DNA from: Deltaproteobacteria bacterium RBG_13_43_22
GTDB taxonomy: Bacteria > Desulfobacterota > RBG-13-43-22
Assembly: GCA_001797675.1 (NCBI GenBank)
Contig: MGQB01000001.1
Coordinates: 50,347-114,346, forward strand
DNA length: 64,000 bases
Direction of reading: 5' to 3'
Every line of letters starts with the position of its first letter. Position 1 is the first letter of the stretch. Of this stretch, positions 20,091-30,500 are shown piece after piece. The position numbers and the translations under genes are program-made. The notes under the pieces are model-generated. The model saw only the letters and a program-made list of their open reading frames with translations. It was not told the DNA's origin and did no database searches.

Positions 20091-21503
20091 TCAAGGGGTC
20101 GTTTTTGAACCCTTGGCTTTCAGGCCATATCTCTTTATGAGAGTATGGAAATAGGGCCTTTGCATACCGACCCTCTGGGCCGCCTGGGTGATATTCCCCT
20201 GGCAGGCCTCAAGGGCCTTAATGAGGAACATCTTTTCAACCACCTCGTAGGTTTCCTTAAGGAGGTGCTGTTTGAAGTCCCTCAGCTCCCCGGTGGTTTC
20301 AGGGACCCGATCGCCCTTGGTCCCTCCCCGAAGCCGTGTCGAATAAAGAGAAGCCACATTCTCCAGGGTTTTTCCTTCGGCCAGGATGACCAGGCGTTCA
20401 ACGATGTTTTTGAGCTCACGAACATTCCCCGGCCAATCATATTGGATCAGGGCCTCCAGGGCCTCATCACTGAATCCTTCAACGTTCTTTCCCGTCTTTC
20501 GGCAGAAAAGCTTTAAAAAGAAATAAGCCAGCCGGGGGATATCGTCCTTTCGTTCCCGCAGAGGGGGAATGAAGATCGGAAAGACGTTCAGCCGGTAATA
20601 GAGATCTTCTCTGAAACGGCCTTCCTCCACCAGGGCCTTAAGATCCTGGTTGGTGGCCGATATAATCCGGGCATCACTCTTTTTGATCCGGCTTCCGCCG
20701 ACGGGTTTGTATTCCTGCGCCTCCAGAACCCGAAGCAGTTTCCCCTGAACATCCGGAGGCAGATTGGAGATCTCATCCAGAAAAAGGGTCCCGCCCTGGG
20801 CCATTTCAAAGAGCCCGGCCTTGTTCTCCAGGGCCCCGGTAAAGGCCCCCTTAACATGGCCGAAGAGCTCGCTCTCCAGGATTCCGGGACTGAGTGCGCT
20901 GAAATCGGCAGCTACAAAAGGCCGACCGGCCCGCTGGCTGTTGACATAGATGGCCCTGGCGAACAGCTCTTTCCCGGTTCCGCTTTCTCCATAGAGGATC
21001 ACGGCACTGTCCAAAGGGGCCACTTTTTGGACCTGCTGATAGATTTCCAGGATCTGGGGATTCTCCCCGATGATGTTTTGAAAACCGAACCGATCCAGGA
21101 CCTCCTTTCGAAGAGAAAGGTTCTCCTCAATCAATCGTTTTTTCTCCAGTGCCCTTTCCACGGCCAGTAAAAGATCATTTTCGGAAAAGGGTTTGGAGAG
21201 ATAATCGAAGGCCCCGGTCTTCATGGCCTCTACGGCCCCCTTTACGGTGGAGAATCCGGTGACGATAATAACACAAAGGGACGGGCATTCCCGGCAAGCC
21301 TTCCTGAGGATCTCCATACCGTCCATATCCGGCAGTCTCAAGTCCAGCAAAACGATATCATAAGTACCCTGCAGAATGGCCTCGAGGCCTGCCCGGCCAT
21401 TGGGGCAGGTCTCGACCAAGTGCCCTTTGTTGCTGAGGGACAAGCGGCATCCTTCACGAATGGAACGTTCGTCGTCGATGACCAGGATATTAAGCGCCGG
21501 CAT
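20091..21503 (-). CDS. sigma54-dependent response regulator (NtrC family), paralog of 3735..5165
   Basis: MPALNILVIDDE start at 21503 overlapping the kinase stop; GESGTGKE, GAFTGA, LFLDEI, WPGNVREL, HTH. Confidence 0.92.
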   Translation of the reverse strand: MPALNILVIDDERSIREGCRLSLSNKGHLVETCPNGRAGLEAILQGTYDIVLLDLRLPDMDGMEILRKACRECPSLCVIIVTGFSTVKGAVEAMKTGAFDYLSKPFSENDLLLAVERALEKKRLIEENLSLRKEVLDRFGFQNIIGENPQILEIYQQVQKVAPLDSAVILYGESGTGKELFARAIYVNSQRAGRPFVAADFSALSPGILESELFGHVKGAFTGALENKAGLFEMAQGGTLFLDEISNLPPDVQGKLLRVLEAQEYKPVGGSRIKKSDARIISATNQDLKALVEEGRFREDLYYRLNVFPIFIPPLRERKDDIPRLAYFFLKLFCRKTGKNVEGFSDEALEALIQYDWPGNVRELKNIVERLVILAEGKTLENVASLYSTRLRGGTKGDRVPETTGELRDFKQHLLKETYEVVEKMFLIKALEACQGNITQAAQRVGMQRPYFHTLIKRYGLKAKGSKTTP

Positions 21504-22755
21504 CGGTTGGGTCCTCCGAGGGGATGTCTGCTTCTCTGGCCCGGACCGGCAGGGTGATGGAAAAGTGCGTCCCCCTTCCAGGCAGGCTGGATACGTCGAT
21601 CTGTCCTTGATGATTTTGGATGATCCCGAAGCTGACGGATAATCCCAAACCCGTTCCTTTCTCCTTGGTGGAAAAGAAGGGCTCAAATATCCTGGCCAGG
21701 TTTTCAGAGGGTATTCCGCTGCCGTTATCCGTAATCTCGGCTATAACGGTTTCGCCCCCGGGGCCGGGCCGGGTGGAAACCTTGACCTTTCCCTTTTCAC
21801 GGGTGGCCTCAAGGGCATTAATCAGGAGATTCATGAAGACCTGCTGGATCTGATTGACATCTAAAAAGACCGGGGGGAGATCGGAGGACAGGTTCTTCTC
21901 CAACTGAATGCGACGGAGTCGAAATTCGTTTTCCAGGATCCTCAAAGCCTTTTCCATCACCGAGTTTAGATCGGCCATTTTCTTCAGCGGCGGCCGTTCC
22001 CTGGAGAAGTCCAGAAGTTCCTGAATGATCCTTTTGCACCGGAGGGTCTCCTGGGCAATAACATCCAGACCCTCTCGAACAGGGCCTTCCTCGGGGACTT
22101 GATCCATAAGCATGGTGGTGTAGACCAGGATCCCGCCCATGGGATTGTTGATCTCATGGGCGATTCCGGCGGCCATCCGGCCCAGGGCGGTAAGCTTCTC
22201 CGTTTGTATAACCAGATGGTTATACCGTAACTCCTGGGCCTCGATAAACCGGGCCTTATCAAGGGCCAGGGCGCTTTGTTCGGCAACAGCCGCCATGAAA
22301 TCGAGCTCTTCTTCCGAAAAGTCCCGGGGCTGGTCGAAAAAAACCCGGATGATCCCGATCACATCTTCGTTCAGTATCAAGGGGATATCCAGGGCCATCC
22401 GAAACCCTTCCTCCAAAAACTCGCGGGGGTACTGAATACGGGGATTCTTATCAATGTCGCGGATCAGAATCACTTTATTTAGTTTACAGAGATCGGTGAT
22501 AATGGTTTCGCTGGAGACATGTCCTTTGGAAAGATACCGCTCGCTGAGACCGTGAGCGGCAAAAAGGTCCATCTTATGAGATTCAAGATTGAGGATGCGG
22601 ATGAGTGCACCCCTGGCCTGAAGGCTCTCGGTAGACTCCCTTACCACCAGGGACAAAACTTCATCGACCTTTGTGCTGGAGTGGACGGACCGGCTGATGT
22701 CTCGGAAGGTGCGATAAAAGACCTCGAAAATATTGGAGGAGGCTTTCAATTTCAA
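21490..22755 (-). CDS. GAF sensor histidine kinase, paralog of 2429..3661
   Basis: GALIRILNLE, YLSKG, AHEINNP, GTGLGL. Confidence 0.92.
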   Translation of the reverse strand: MKLKASSNIFEVFYRTFRDISRSVHSSTKVDEVLSLVVRESTESLQARGALIRILNLESHKMDLFAAHGLSERYLSKGHVSSETIITDLCKLNKVILIRDIDKNPRIQYPREFLEEGFRMALDIPLILNEDVIGIIRVFFDQPRDFSEEELDFMAAVAEQSALALDKARFIEAQELRYNHLVIQTEKLTALGRMAAGIAHEINNPMGGILVYTTMLMDQVPEEGPVREGLDVIAQETLRCKRIIQELLDFSRERPPLKKMADLNSVMEKALRILENEFRLRRIQLEKNLSSDLPPVFLDVNQIQQVFMNLLINALEATREKGKVKVSTRPGPGGETVIAEITDNGSGIPSENLARIFEPFFSTKEKGTGLGLSVSFGIIQNHQGQIDVSSLPGRGTHFSITLPVRAREADIPSEDPTDAGA

Positions 22756-22780
22756 ATGACCCCCTTTCCCTTTAAAGGAG

Positions 22781-23647
22781 TTATTGCCGACCCAATGACA
22801 GGCTGCCTAAGATGTCGATGACCGTTTCAGCCTGATTCATGGTATAAAAATGAAAACAGCGGACACCCTGCCTGATCAGGTCAGCGCATTGCTCAATGGC
22901 AAATTCCCGGCCGATAAGTCCGGCGTCCTCCGGAGAAGCCTTTTCCATCCGGGCGACCAGTGAATTTGGGATGGTCGTGCCGCACCTCCGGCAGAATTCC
23001 CCGGTTCTCTTGATATCGAGTATAGGCATGATACCGGGGATAATAGGTATATGGATGCCGATCTTCTCCGCCCGGTTCAGAAAATCATAGTAAAAACGAT
23101 TCTCGAAGAACATCTGGGTAATAGCGAAATGAGCCCCGCTGTCAATCTTTCTTTTGGTGAATAACAGGTCCTTTTCCAGACTTGGCGCCTCAATATGACC
23201 TTCGGGATAACAGGCGACGCCTATCGAGAAGGCCTGGTAAGTTGCCGTCAGGTCAACCAGGTCTTTGGCACAGGTCAAACAGTCCTCAGGAAAATCGGCA
23301 TCGCTGGTCCCTTGCGGCAAATCCCCTCGGAGGGCAAGCACATTTTCAATGCCCAGGTGTTTGTAATGATCAAGGATGGTTTTCAAATCCCCATAGCTCT
23401 GGCCGATACAGGTGAGGTGGGGCATGGGGGTAAGCGAAGTCCCCTCTTGGATACGCTCGACCAGGCTGACGGTATTCTTCCCGGTGCTTCCCCCGGCCCC
23501 ATAGGTCACCGACACAAAATCGGGCCCGAGGGTCTCGAGTCTTTTGATTACGGGGACTAATCTGTTTTCTCCGTCCAAATCCTTCGGAGGGAAGAATTCA
23601 AAGGAAATGCTCTTCCCCTGATTCTTGATGATCTCGTGTATCTTCAT
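22781..23647 (-). CDS. metF: 5,10-methylenetetrahydrofolate reductase
   Basis: SFEFFPPK, SVTYGAGG, HLTC, LALRGD, YPEGH, ITQMFF, HFYTMN. Confidence 0.92.
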   Translation of the reverse strand: MKIHEIIKNQGKSISFEFFPPKDLDGENRLVPVIKRLETLGPDFVSVTYGAGGSTGKNTVSLVERIQEGTSLTPMPHLTCIGQSYGDLKTILDHYKHLGIENVLALRGDLPQGTSDADFPEDCLTCAKDLVDLTATYQAFSIGVACYPEGHIEAPSLEKDLLFTKRKIDSGAHFAITQMFFENRFYYDFLNRAEKIGIHIPIIPGIMPILDIKRTGEFCRRCGTTIPNSLVARMEKASPEDAGLIGREFAIEQCADLIRQGVRCFHFYTMNQAETVIDILGSLSLGRQ

Positions 23648-23741
23648 TAAAAAAAATCTCCCGCCAAGGGAGGGATACGAAAAGACGGGCAAACCCTTCA
23701 GGACCTTCTGCGGTCTTTTCCCGAAAAGTCAGGCTGTTTTC

Positions 23742-23791
23742 CTCTGCCCCCTCTCCAGGTTTGGAGAGAGGACAGAGATGTGAGGGAGGGG
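23742..23791. repeat. REP-like palindrome between hoxH and metF
   Basis: CTCTGCCCCCTCTCCA / TGGAGAGAGGACAGAG imperfect stem with adjacent GTGAGGGAGGGG. Confidence 0.5.
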
Positions 23792-23792
23792 T

Positions 23793-25211
23793 TTAACGTT
23801 CGACTCGATCGATCAGAGTACCATCCTCCTCCCTTAGCTCGATAATCATCGGCATGGCCCCAATGGCATGGGTTGAGCAGGAGAAACAAGGATCATAGGC
23901 TCGGATGGCCGCCTCCACACGGTTCAGCATGCCCTCGGTCAATTTCTTCCCATCCACAAAGGACTTGGCCACCATTTCCACGGATTTATTGATAGCCCAA
24001 TTGTTATGCCCGGTAGCGACAATCAGATTGACTTTAGTCAACATGCCGTTCTGGTCGGTTTTATAATGATGGAACAGGGTTCCCCGGGGGGCCTCCAAAC
24101 ACCCCACCCCCTCACCAACGAAACTTTTAGAGTCGGTGACCAAATCGGTGGAGAGCACATCCGGGTCCATGAGGATTTCTTTGGCCCGTTCTATAGCATA
24201 AAGGTCTTCAATCAAGCGGGCATAGTGATACCATAAGGTGCCCTCTACCGGTTTACCCCCACCCAGGGCCTTGAAATTGCCAAATTCCTCATTGGCCGAA
24301 GGGGTATTGATTTTTTCAGCCACATTCAACCGGCCCAAGGGCCCCACCCGGTAGGTACCCGCAGGATAGCCCATCTTGCGGTAATAAGGGAATTTCAAAT
24401 AGGACCAGTCTTCCACATGCTCGGCAATAACCTCCAGATAATTTTGGGGATCGAATTCCTCCAGCGTTTTCCCGTTTTTGTCCGTCAAACGTATCCGGCC
24501 GTCATACAACTGCAATCCCCCCTGTTCGTCCACCATCCCCATATAGCCTGAAGGAAAAACCGCATATTTATCCACCAGCTCGCGATTGGACTCAAACCAG
24601 CCTTTGGCCACGGTTATGGCGATCTTAATCGTCTCCATAACCTCATCAATCCGGCTCAATAGATCGTCACAATCTTCAGAGGAAAGAGGGGCATTAACCC
24701 CCCCGGGAATCGAATGAATGGGGTGAACGCGTTTCCCGCCCAATTTGCGGATAATGTCCTGGCCGAAAGCCCTGGACTGGACTGCTTTCAAGGCCAATTC
24801 GGGGTTAGCCTGGATGACCCCTACTACATTTCGAATGGCCGGGTCGGCATCGAACCCCAGCAGCATATCCGGACCGGCCAATTCAAAGAAATGCATGGAG
24901 TGCGATTGAATATACTGCCCCATATGCATCAATTCTCGAAGGAGCTGGGCTGTTCGTGGAGGGGTCACCCCGACGATCCGGTCACAGGCCTTGGCCGAGG
25001 CCAGATGATGGCTGACCGGACAAATACCACAAATCCGTGGCGTTATTTGAAGCATTTCAAAAAAGGGCCGCCCTTCGGTAAATTTTTCAAAACCCCGAAA
25101 TTCATTGACATGCATAAAGGCGTTATCCACTTTCCCTTTGGCACCCATGTTGATGGTGACTTTGGCGTGACCCTCTATCCTGGTTACAGGTTCTATCGTG
25201 ATCTTCTGCAT
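23793..25211 (-). CDS. hoxH: [NiFe]-hydrogenase large subunit, group 3d-like
   Basis: TRIEGHAK, RICGICPVSH (L1), EAPRGTL, DPCFSCSTH (L2) plus a cleavable C-terminal tail. Confidence 0.93.
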   Translation of the reverse strand: MQKITIEPVTRIEGHAKVTINMGAKGKVDNAFMHVNEFRGFEKFTEGRPFFEMLQITPRICGICPVSHHLASAKACDRIVGVTPPRTAQLLRELMHMGQYIQSHSMHFFELAGPDMLLGFDADPAIRNVVGVIQANPELALKAVQSRAFGQDIIRKLGGKRVHPIHSIPGGVNAPLSSEDCDDLLSRIDEVMETIKIAITVAKGWFESNRELVDKYAVFPSGYMGMVDEQGGLQLYDGRIRLTDKNGKTLEEFDPQNYLEVIAEHVEDWSYLKFPYYRKMGYPAGTYRVGPLGRLNVAEKINTPSANEEFGNFKALGGGKPVEGTLWYHYARLIEDLYAIERAKEILMDPDVLSTDLVTDSKSFVGEGVGCLEAPRGTLFHHYKTDQNGMLTKVNLIVATGHNNWAINKSVEMVAKSFVDGKKLTEGMLNRVEAAIRAYDPCFSCSTHAIGAMPMIIELREEDGTLIDRVER

Positions 25212-25264
25212 TATATCTTCTCCTCTGCTTTACCGGCTTATTTCAGGTACTGATTCCTTCTTCT

Positions 25265-25804
25265 TCAGTCATACTTCAATACTTGGTCCTTTAAGACCGG
25301 GATACGACCTTCCAACAATTCACCGATTACAAAATGGATGGCATCAGCCGACGGCGGACAGCCGGGCAGATACACATCCACCTTGACCACCTGATCCAAA
25401 GGGCGGGCAAAAATCGGTTGGGCCAGTTCCTCCGACCGGGGGATAAGTCCATCCACGGTGCTCTCGGTCTCCACATAGGCCCTGCGCAGGGCATCTTCCA
25501 TCTTGACTTGGTTCCTCATTAAAGGGACACCCCCAAGAACCGAGCAATCACCCAAGGAGACCAGGATCTGACAGCGCTCCCGCATGACCCTGGCCACTTC
25601 GAGATGGGCCGTGTTGTTGACCGTGCCGGTTAAAATTCCGACCGTAACGCCCTCTCTCGGCGGGTATTTCAAGTCGGTAATCGGGCTTGAGGTAATTTCA
25701 ATTTTATCCAAAAGCTGGACCAGCCTCTCGTCCAAATCCAATAAGGACATATGGCATCCGGCGCAAGCGGCCAACCAATCTGTTGCAATTTTTATCTTCG
25801 CCAT
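25265..25804 (-). CDS. hoxY: [NiFe]-hydrogenase small subunit (single-cluster)
   Basis: CAGCHMS, GDC, LPGCPP; ~179 aa; RBS GGAGGA. Confidence 0.9.
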   Translation of the reverse strand: MAKIKIATDWLAACAGCHMSLLDLDERLVQLLDKIEITSSPITDLKYPPREGVTVGILTGTVNNTAHLEVARVMRERCQILVSLGDCSVLGGVPLMRNQVKMEDALRRAYVETESTVDGLIPRSEELAQPIFARPLDQVVKVDVYLPGCPPSADAIHFVIGELLEGRIPVLKDQVLKYD

Positions 25805-25824
25805 AGATCTTTCTCCTCCCATTC

Positions 25825-27543
25825 CTACATTCGGGCGGCCAATTGGGTTAATACTTCATTTTCAGGAATCAAACCTTCCGGTAGCGATACGGCCTTCCTA
25901 ACGGCCACTTTTTTACCTTCCAGGTTATACAGCGACCCTTCATGCTCATACCAAAGTAAGGCCGGAAAGACGATATCAGCCACCTCGGTGATCGGGCTGT
26001 GATAGCTGGCATGGACCGCCAGAAATTTTGCCTCCCGGGCCTGCTTGATTTTCTCGTCCGATAACGAGGTATCTTCCAGGAGAAGGTAGACTGCTTCCAT
26101 CTGGCTGGGTGCAAAATTGGCCCGGAGGCCCAAGGCCTTGGCATGAAATCCGTTGCTTTCCGGAAACAAGGGAATGAAATGCGCCTTCCTTTGTAAGGCG
26201 GCTAATTTTTCCGCTTGCTCCGGCGGCGTTTCCTCCCCATACAACACAACCGGCGAGGCACTGTTCTGACAAAATTTGACGGCCTTACCCATTTCATTCA
26301 AGGAAAAAGTTTTATGAGCAAAACGTCTCATCTCATTGTTGTTGTCGGAAACAAGGACCAATCGAGCCCCATTCATACAAGCCCGTTTTATATGATAACC
26401 GATAACCGGATGATCGGAGAGTGGATCGGCCCCGGTGACCAAAATGGTATCGGCGGAAAGTAAATCATTTAAAGAGCCTCCCAAGGGTAGTTTAAATCTG
26501 GCCAGGGTCAACTCCAGAACACCCACATTGGCACCGATCTTTCCCAGGAATACGGCTACAAACTCGCTTAGGGTCAGGTTAAGGGTCCGGCAAGTCGTCC
26601 AGGCCCCGATTTTTTTACTGGGACTTTTTTTGAAAGCCTGCGCCAAAGTATCCAAAGCCTCTTCCCAGGAGACCTGCTGCATTCGACTGTCTTTCCGAAT
26701 AAGCGGGGTTTCAATACGTTTGCGCGTTTCCTTGAAAAGCTCGAAACGGCCTTTGAGGCAAAGCACACCGTTATTATGTTCCTCCCATTCCCCTTCCACC
26801 CGCAACACCCTGCCGGCGCGGGTAATGATCTCCGAACCACAGCCCACGCTGCAGAACATGCAGACACTTTTGGTCCTCTCCACCTGGGATTCACGTCCGG
26901 CATAAGCGCTCTTTCGGTCGATTAAGGCCCCGGTGGGACAAATCTGCAGACAAGTTCCGCAACTGATGCAAGTGGATTCCCCGAAGGGAACCCCTCCATC
27001 GGCACAAATCACGGTTTTGGCCCCACGGTATTTAACACCCAGGGTGTTATTGGCCGCCAACTCACTGCAGACCCGTATGCAGCGACGACAGAGTATGCAA
27101 CGGTTATGATCCATGATAAAATGCTCCCGGGTGCCGTCCACCGGCCTGGCTTCGCCTGGATTTTGATAAATCCAATGATCCAAACCGTATCGATAGGCCA
27201 GGGCCTGTAATTCGCAGTCCCCGCTCGATTCACAAAAGGGACAATAGTGGTTTCCTTCCGAGAAAAGTAATCCGAGAATGAATCTCCGTTCCTCAACCAC
27301 TTTGGGTGATTCGGTTTCCACCCTCATCCCCTCAGTAACCGGAAAGGTACAGGCCGGTTGAAGACCTCGTTGTCTCTCGATTTCAACCACACAGATACGG
27401 CAGGCCCCGATGGGTGTGACGGCCGGGTGATGGCACAGGCTGGGTATATCAATCCCGACCCCCTTAGCCGCCTCCATGACAGTCTGTCCGGCCCTGGCCC
27501 GAATGTGACGCCCGTTGATTCTTATATTCACTACCTTATCCAT
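25825..27543 (-). CDS. NuoG/HoxU/HydA-like Fe-S subunit with degenerate molybdopterin-oxidoreductase C-terminal domain
   Basis: [2Fe-2S] GACRIC, HYCPFC, CILCRRC, CISCGTC, CMFCSVGC...LCLKG; no H-cluster motifs. Confidence 0.85.
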   Translation of the reverse strand: MDKVVNIRINGRHIRARAGQTVMEAAKGVGIDIPSLCHHPAVTPIGACRICVVEIERQRGLQPACTFPVTEGMRVETESPKVVEERRFILGLLFSEGNHYCPFCESSGDCELQALAYRYGLDHWIYQNPGEARPVDGTREHFIMDHNRCILCRRCIRVCSELAANNTLGVKYRGAKTVICADGGVPFGESTCISCGTCLQICPTGALIDRKSAYAGRESQVERTKSVCMFCSVGCGSEIITRAGRVLRVEGEWEEHNNGVLCLKGRFELFKETRKRIETPLIRKDSRMQQVSWEEALDTLAQAFKKSPSKKIGAWTTCRTLNLTLSEFVAVFLGKIGANVGVLELTLARFKLPLGGSLNDLLSADTILVTGADPLSDHPVIGYHIKRACMNGARLVLVSDNNNEMRRFAHKTFSLNEMGKAVKFCQNSASPVVLYGEETPPEQAEKLAALQRKAHFIPLFPESNGFHAKALGLRANFAPSQMEAVYLLLEDTSLSDEKIKQAREAKFLAVHASYHSPITEVADIVFPALLWYEHEGSLYNLEGKKVAVRKAVSLPEGLIPENEVLTQLAARM

Positions 27544-27592
27544 TAGATAAACCTCCTTCTTCGAGATCCGAAAAAACTATCAGATCTGTTCC

Positions 27593-30500
27593 TCATGCGG
27601 ATTGCACTTTTCTCTCCTGGGTCGGAGCCTGAAGACCCATCGACTTTAACCATTCCAAATCACATCGCAGACAACGTTTGCACTCCTCACGAGCCGTATG
27701 TTCATCGAAACCGGCTTCCACCTCTTCAAAGCATTGAACACTTTTCTCTTTGGAAAGGCGTCGGACCACCGGACGCTTGGCCTCGGCATACTCCTCCATG
27801 GAATAAAGTTGCGGGATTTCTCGATCAGAGGGAACAAACCTGACCCTTTCCAGGGGTTGCCCTTTGAGATAGGCATCTACGGTTATGGCCACTTTGTTTC
27901 CCTGATCTACGGCCTCGATAACCGTAGCCGGTCCTAAAGTCACGTCCCCGGCGGCAAAAACACCCTCCCGTGTAGTCATCAAATTGGCCCCTACGGCAAG
28001 GGTGGTATCCGGTTTCACTTCAATCTTATTATCGTTCTGGAGACCTTCCAAATCCGAAGCCTGTCCAATGGCGGCGATGAAAAGGTCGGCATCCAAAATG
28101 AATTCGGGGACTTCAAATTCCGTAGCCTCAATCGGAATGGGGCGCCGGCGTCCCCCGGCATCAAACTCGCCTAGGCGTTGCAAATGGCATTCCACGCCGG
28201 TCACCTGATCGGGCCCCAAGATGCCCACCGGATTGGTCAGGAAGTGGAATTGAATGCCTTCGCGGAAGGCCTCTTCGATCTCCTCTTTCCAGGCCGGCAT
28301 ATCCTGCCGGGTGCGTCGATAAAGAATATGGACCCGTTTGGCCCCCAGTCGCAGGGCGGTTCGGGCCGCATCGATAGCCACGGCCCCACCACCTACAACG
28401 GCCACGCTCTTTCCTCTGACCTCGGGGGGTTTGCCTAAGGCCACATTTTTCAGGAATTCGACCCCTTGATAGACCCCGGGCAGATCTTCGCCGGGAATAC
28501 CCAAACGACGTCCCTTATGGGCTCCGATGGCCAAGATCGCTGCTTTATAGCCATCCCGGTCCAATAATCCGTCCATGGTGAAATCTTTTCCCATTTCTTG
28601 TCCCAGTTTGATTTCCACCCCGGCCCGCTTGATGGCTTCGATTTCCATATTTAGGATATTTCGCGGCAAACGATATTCCGGAATCCCTACCGCCATCATA
28701 CCCCCGGCCACCGGCAGCTTATCAAAGACGGTCACCGGATAGCCCCGTTGAGCCAATCTAAGGGCAGCAGTCAAACCGGCCGGACCGGCGCCGATGACAG
28801 CCACTTTCTCCTTTTTTGGACCTTCGATTTTGGCCGGGGTCCAGGGTTTTTCGATCTCATGGTCGGCCATGAGCCGTTTGGCGTGGCGGATGGCCACCGG
28901 TTCGTCAATATCACCCCTTCGGCATTTCTGCTCACAAAAGGCAGGACAAACCCGGCCGCAGATCAAGGCGAAGGGGTTCTTTTCCCGATGCACCTCCAGC
29001 CCTTCGGCGAAATGCCCCTGGGCAATCAGGGAAATAAACGAGGGGACATCCACCTGGGCCGGACAGGCATTGGTACAACGGGCCCGTACCAGACTCTGAC
29101 AGGATCCGGCCGGACACTCGCCGTCCAGGATATGGGTTAAGAATTCGGCTTCAAAATACTTCAAGGCCGACATGACCGGTCCGGGTGTCAACTGGCCCAA
29201 AGCGCATAGAGATCCCGTTTCCATCCCTTTGGCTATGGTCTTGATAGTATCCAGATCTTCCAACCTTCCATTCCCCTCACTGATACGGGTCAGGATTTCC
29301 AGCATCCGTTTCCCGCCGACCCGGCAGGGAATACATTTGCCGCAGGATTCGGCCTGGGCAAATTTTAAAAAGAACTTAGAAAATTCCACCATACAGGTAT
29401 CTTCATCCACCACAATCATACCGCCGGACCCCATCACCGCACCCACTTCCTGTAACGAATCGAAATCCACCTCTACGTTCAGGTGCTGCGGAGGGATACA
29501 ACCTCCTAGTGGGCCTCCGGTCTGGACAGCCTTGAAGCGCTTGTCCTTGAGAATCCCCCCGCCTATATCGAAAATGATCTCACCCAGAGTAATCCCCATA
29601 GGAACCTCAACCAGACCCGTGTTGTTCACCTTGCCGGTCAAAGCAAAAATAGCTGTTCCCGGGCTTCGCCTGGTCCCGATGTTATTAAACCAATTGGACC
29701 CGTTAACAATGATTTGGGGAACATTGGCATAACTTTTTACATTGTTCAGGTTGGTCGGCTTCCCCCAAAGGCCGGAAGCGGCCGGAAAGGGGGGACGGGG
29801 CCGCGGTTCACCTCGGCGGCCTTCAATGGAGGCCAGCAGGGCCGTTTCTTCACCGCAGACAAAGGCACCGGCCCCTTCCTTGATGTGCAGATGGAATGAA
29901 AAATCAGTGTTTAGAATATTATCTCCCAGGAGGCCATACTCTTCCGCCTGGGCAATGGCCACATTGAGTCGTTTAATGGCCAACGGATATTCAGCCCGGC
30001 AATAGATGTATCCTTCGCTGGCTCCAATGGCATACCCGCAGATGGTCATGCCTTCGATCAAACTGTGGGGGTCGCCTTCCAGCAGGGACCGATCCATGAA
30101 GGCCCCCGGGTCCCCTTCATCGGCATTACAAACCACATACTTGACCTCTCCCGGGGCCCTGAAGGTAAATTCCCATTTAGTACCGGTGGAAAACCCTGCC
30201 CCTCCTCGCCCTCTTAATCCGGAACGTTTGACCTCTTGGATGACTTCTTCCTGGGTCATATCGAATAAAGCCTTGGACAAAGCCTCATATCCGCCTTGAA
30301 CAATGTATTCGTCTATCTTCTCCGGATCGATGATTCCACAGTTCCGCAGGGTAATCCGGACTTGTTTACTGTAAAAAGGGATATCCTGATACCGGGGAAG
30401 TTCCTTGTAGGTCTCAGGGGTTTTATAGGTTAAACGGCCGACCACCCTTCCTTTGACCAGGGTTTCTTCCACAATGGTCTGGACGTCCCTGGGCTGGACC

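Noticed and set aside
20091-21686. Long start of the second activator (531 aa)
   Set aside because: It overlaps the kinase by ~200 bp; the receiver domain begins at ATG 21503
23793-23900. Possible NiFeSe hydrogenase, given the other Sec candidates
   Set aside because: The L2 motif is DPCFSC with Cys codons and no UGA
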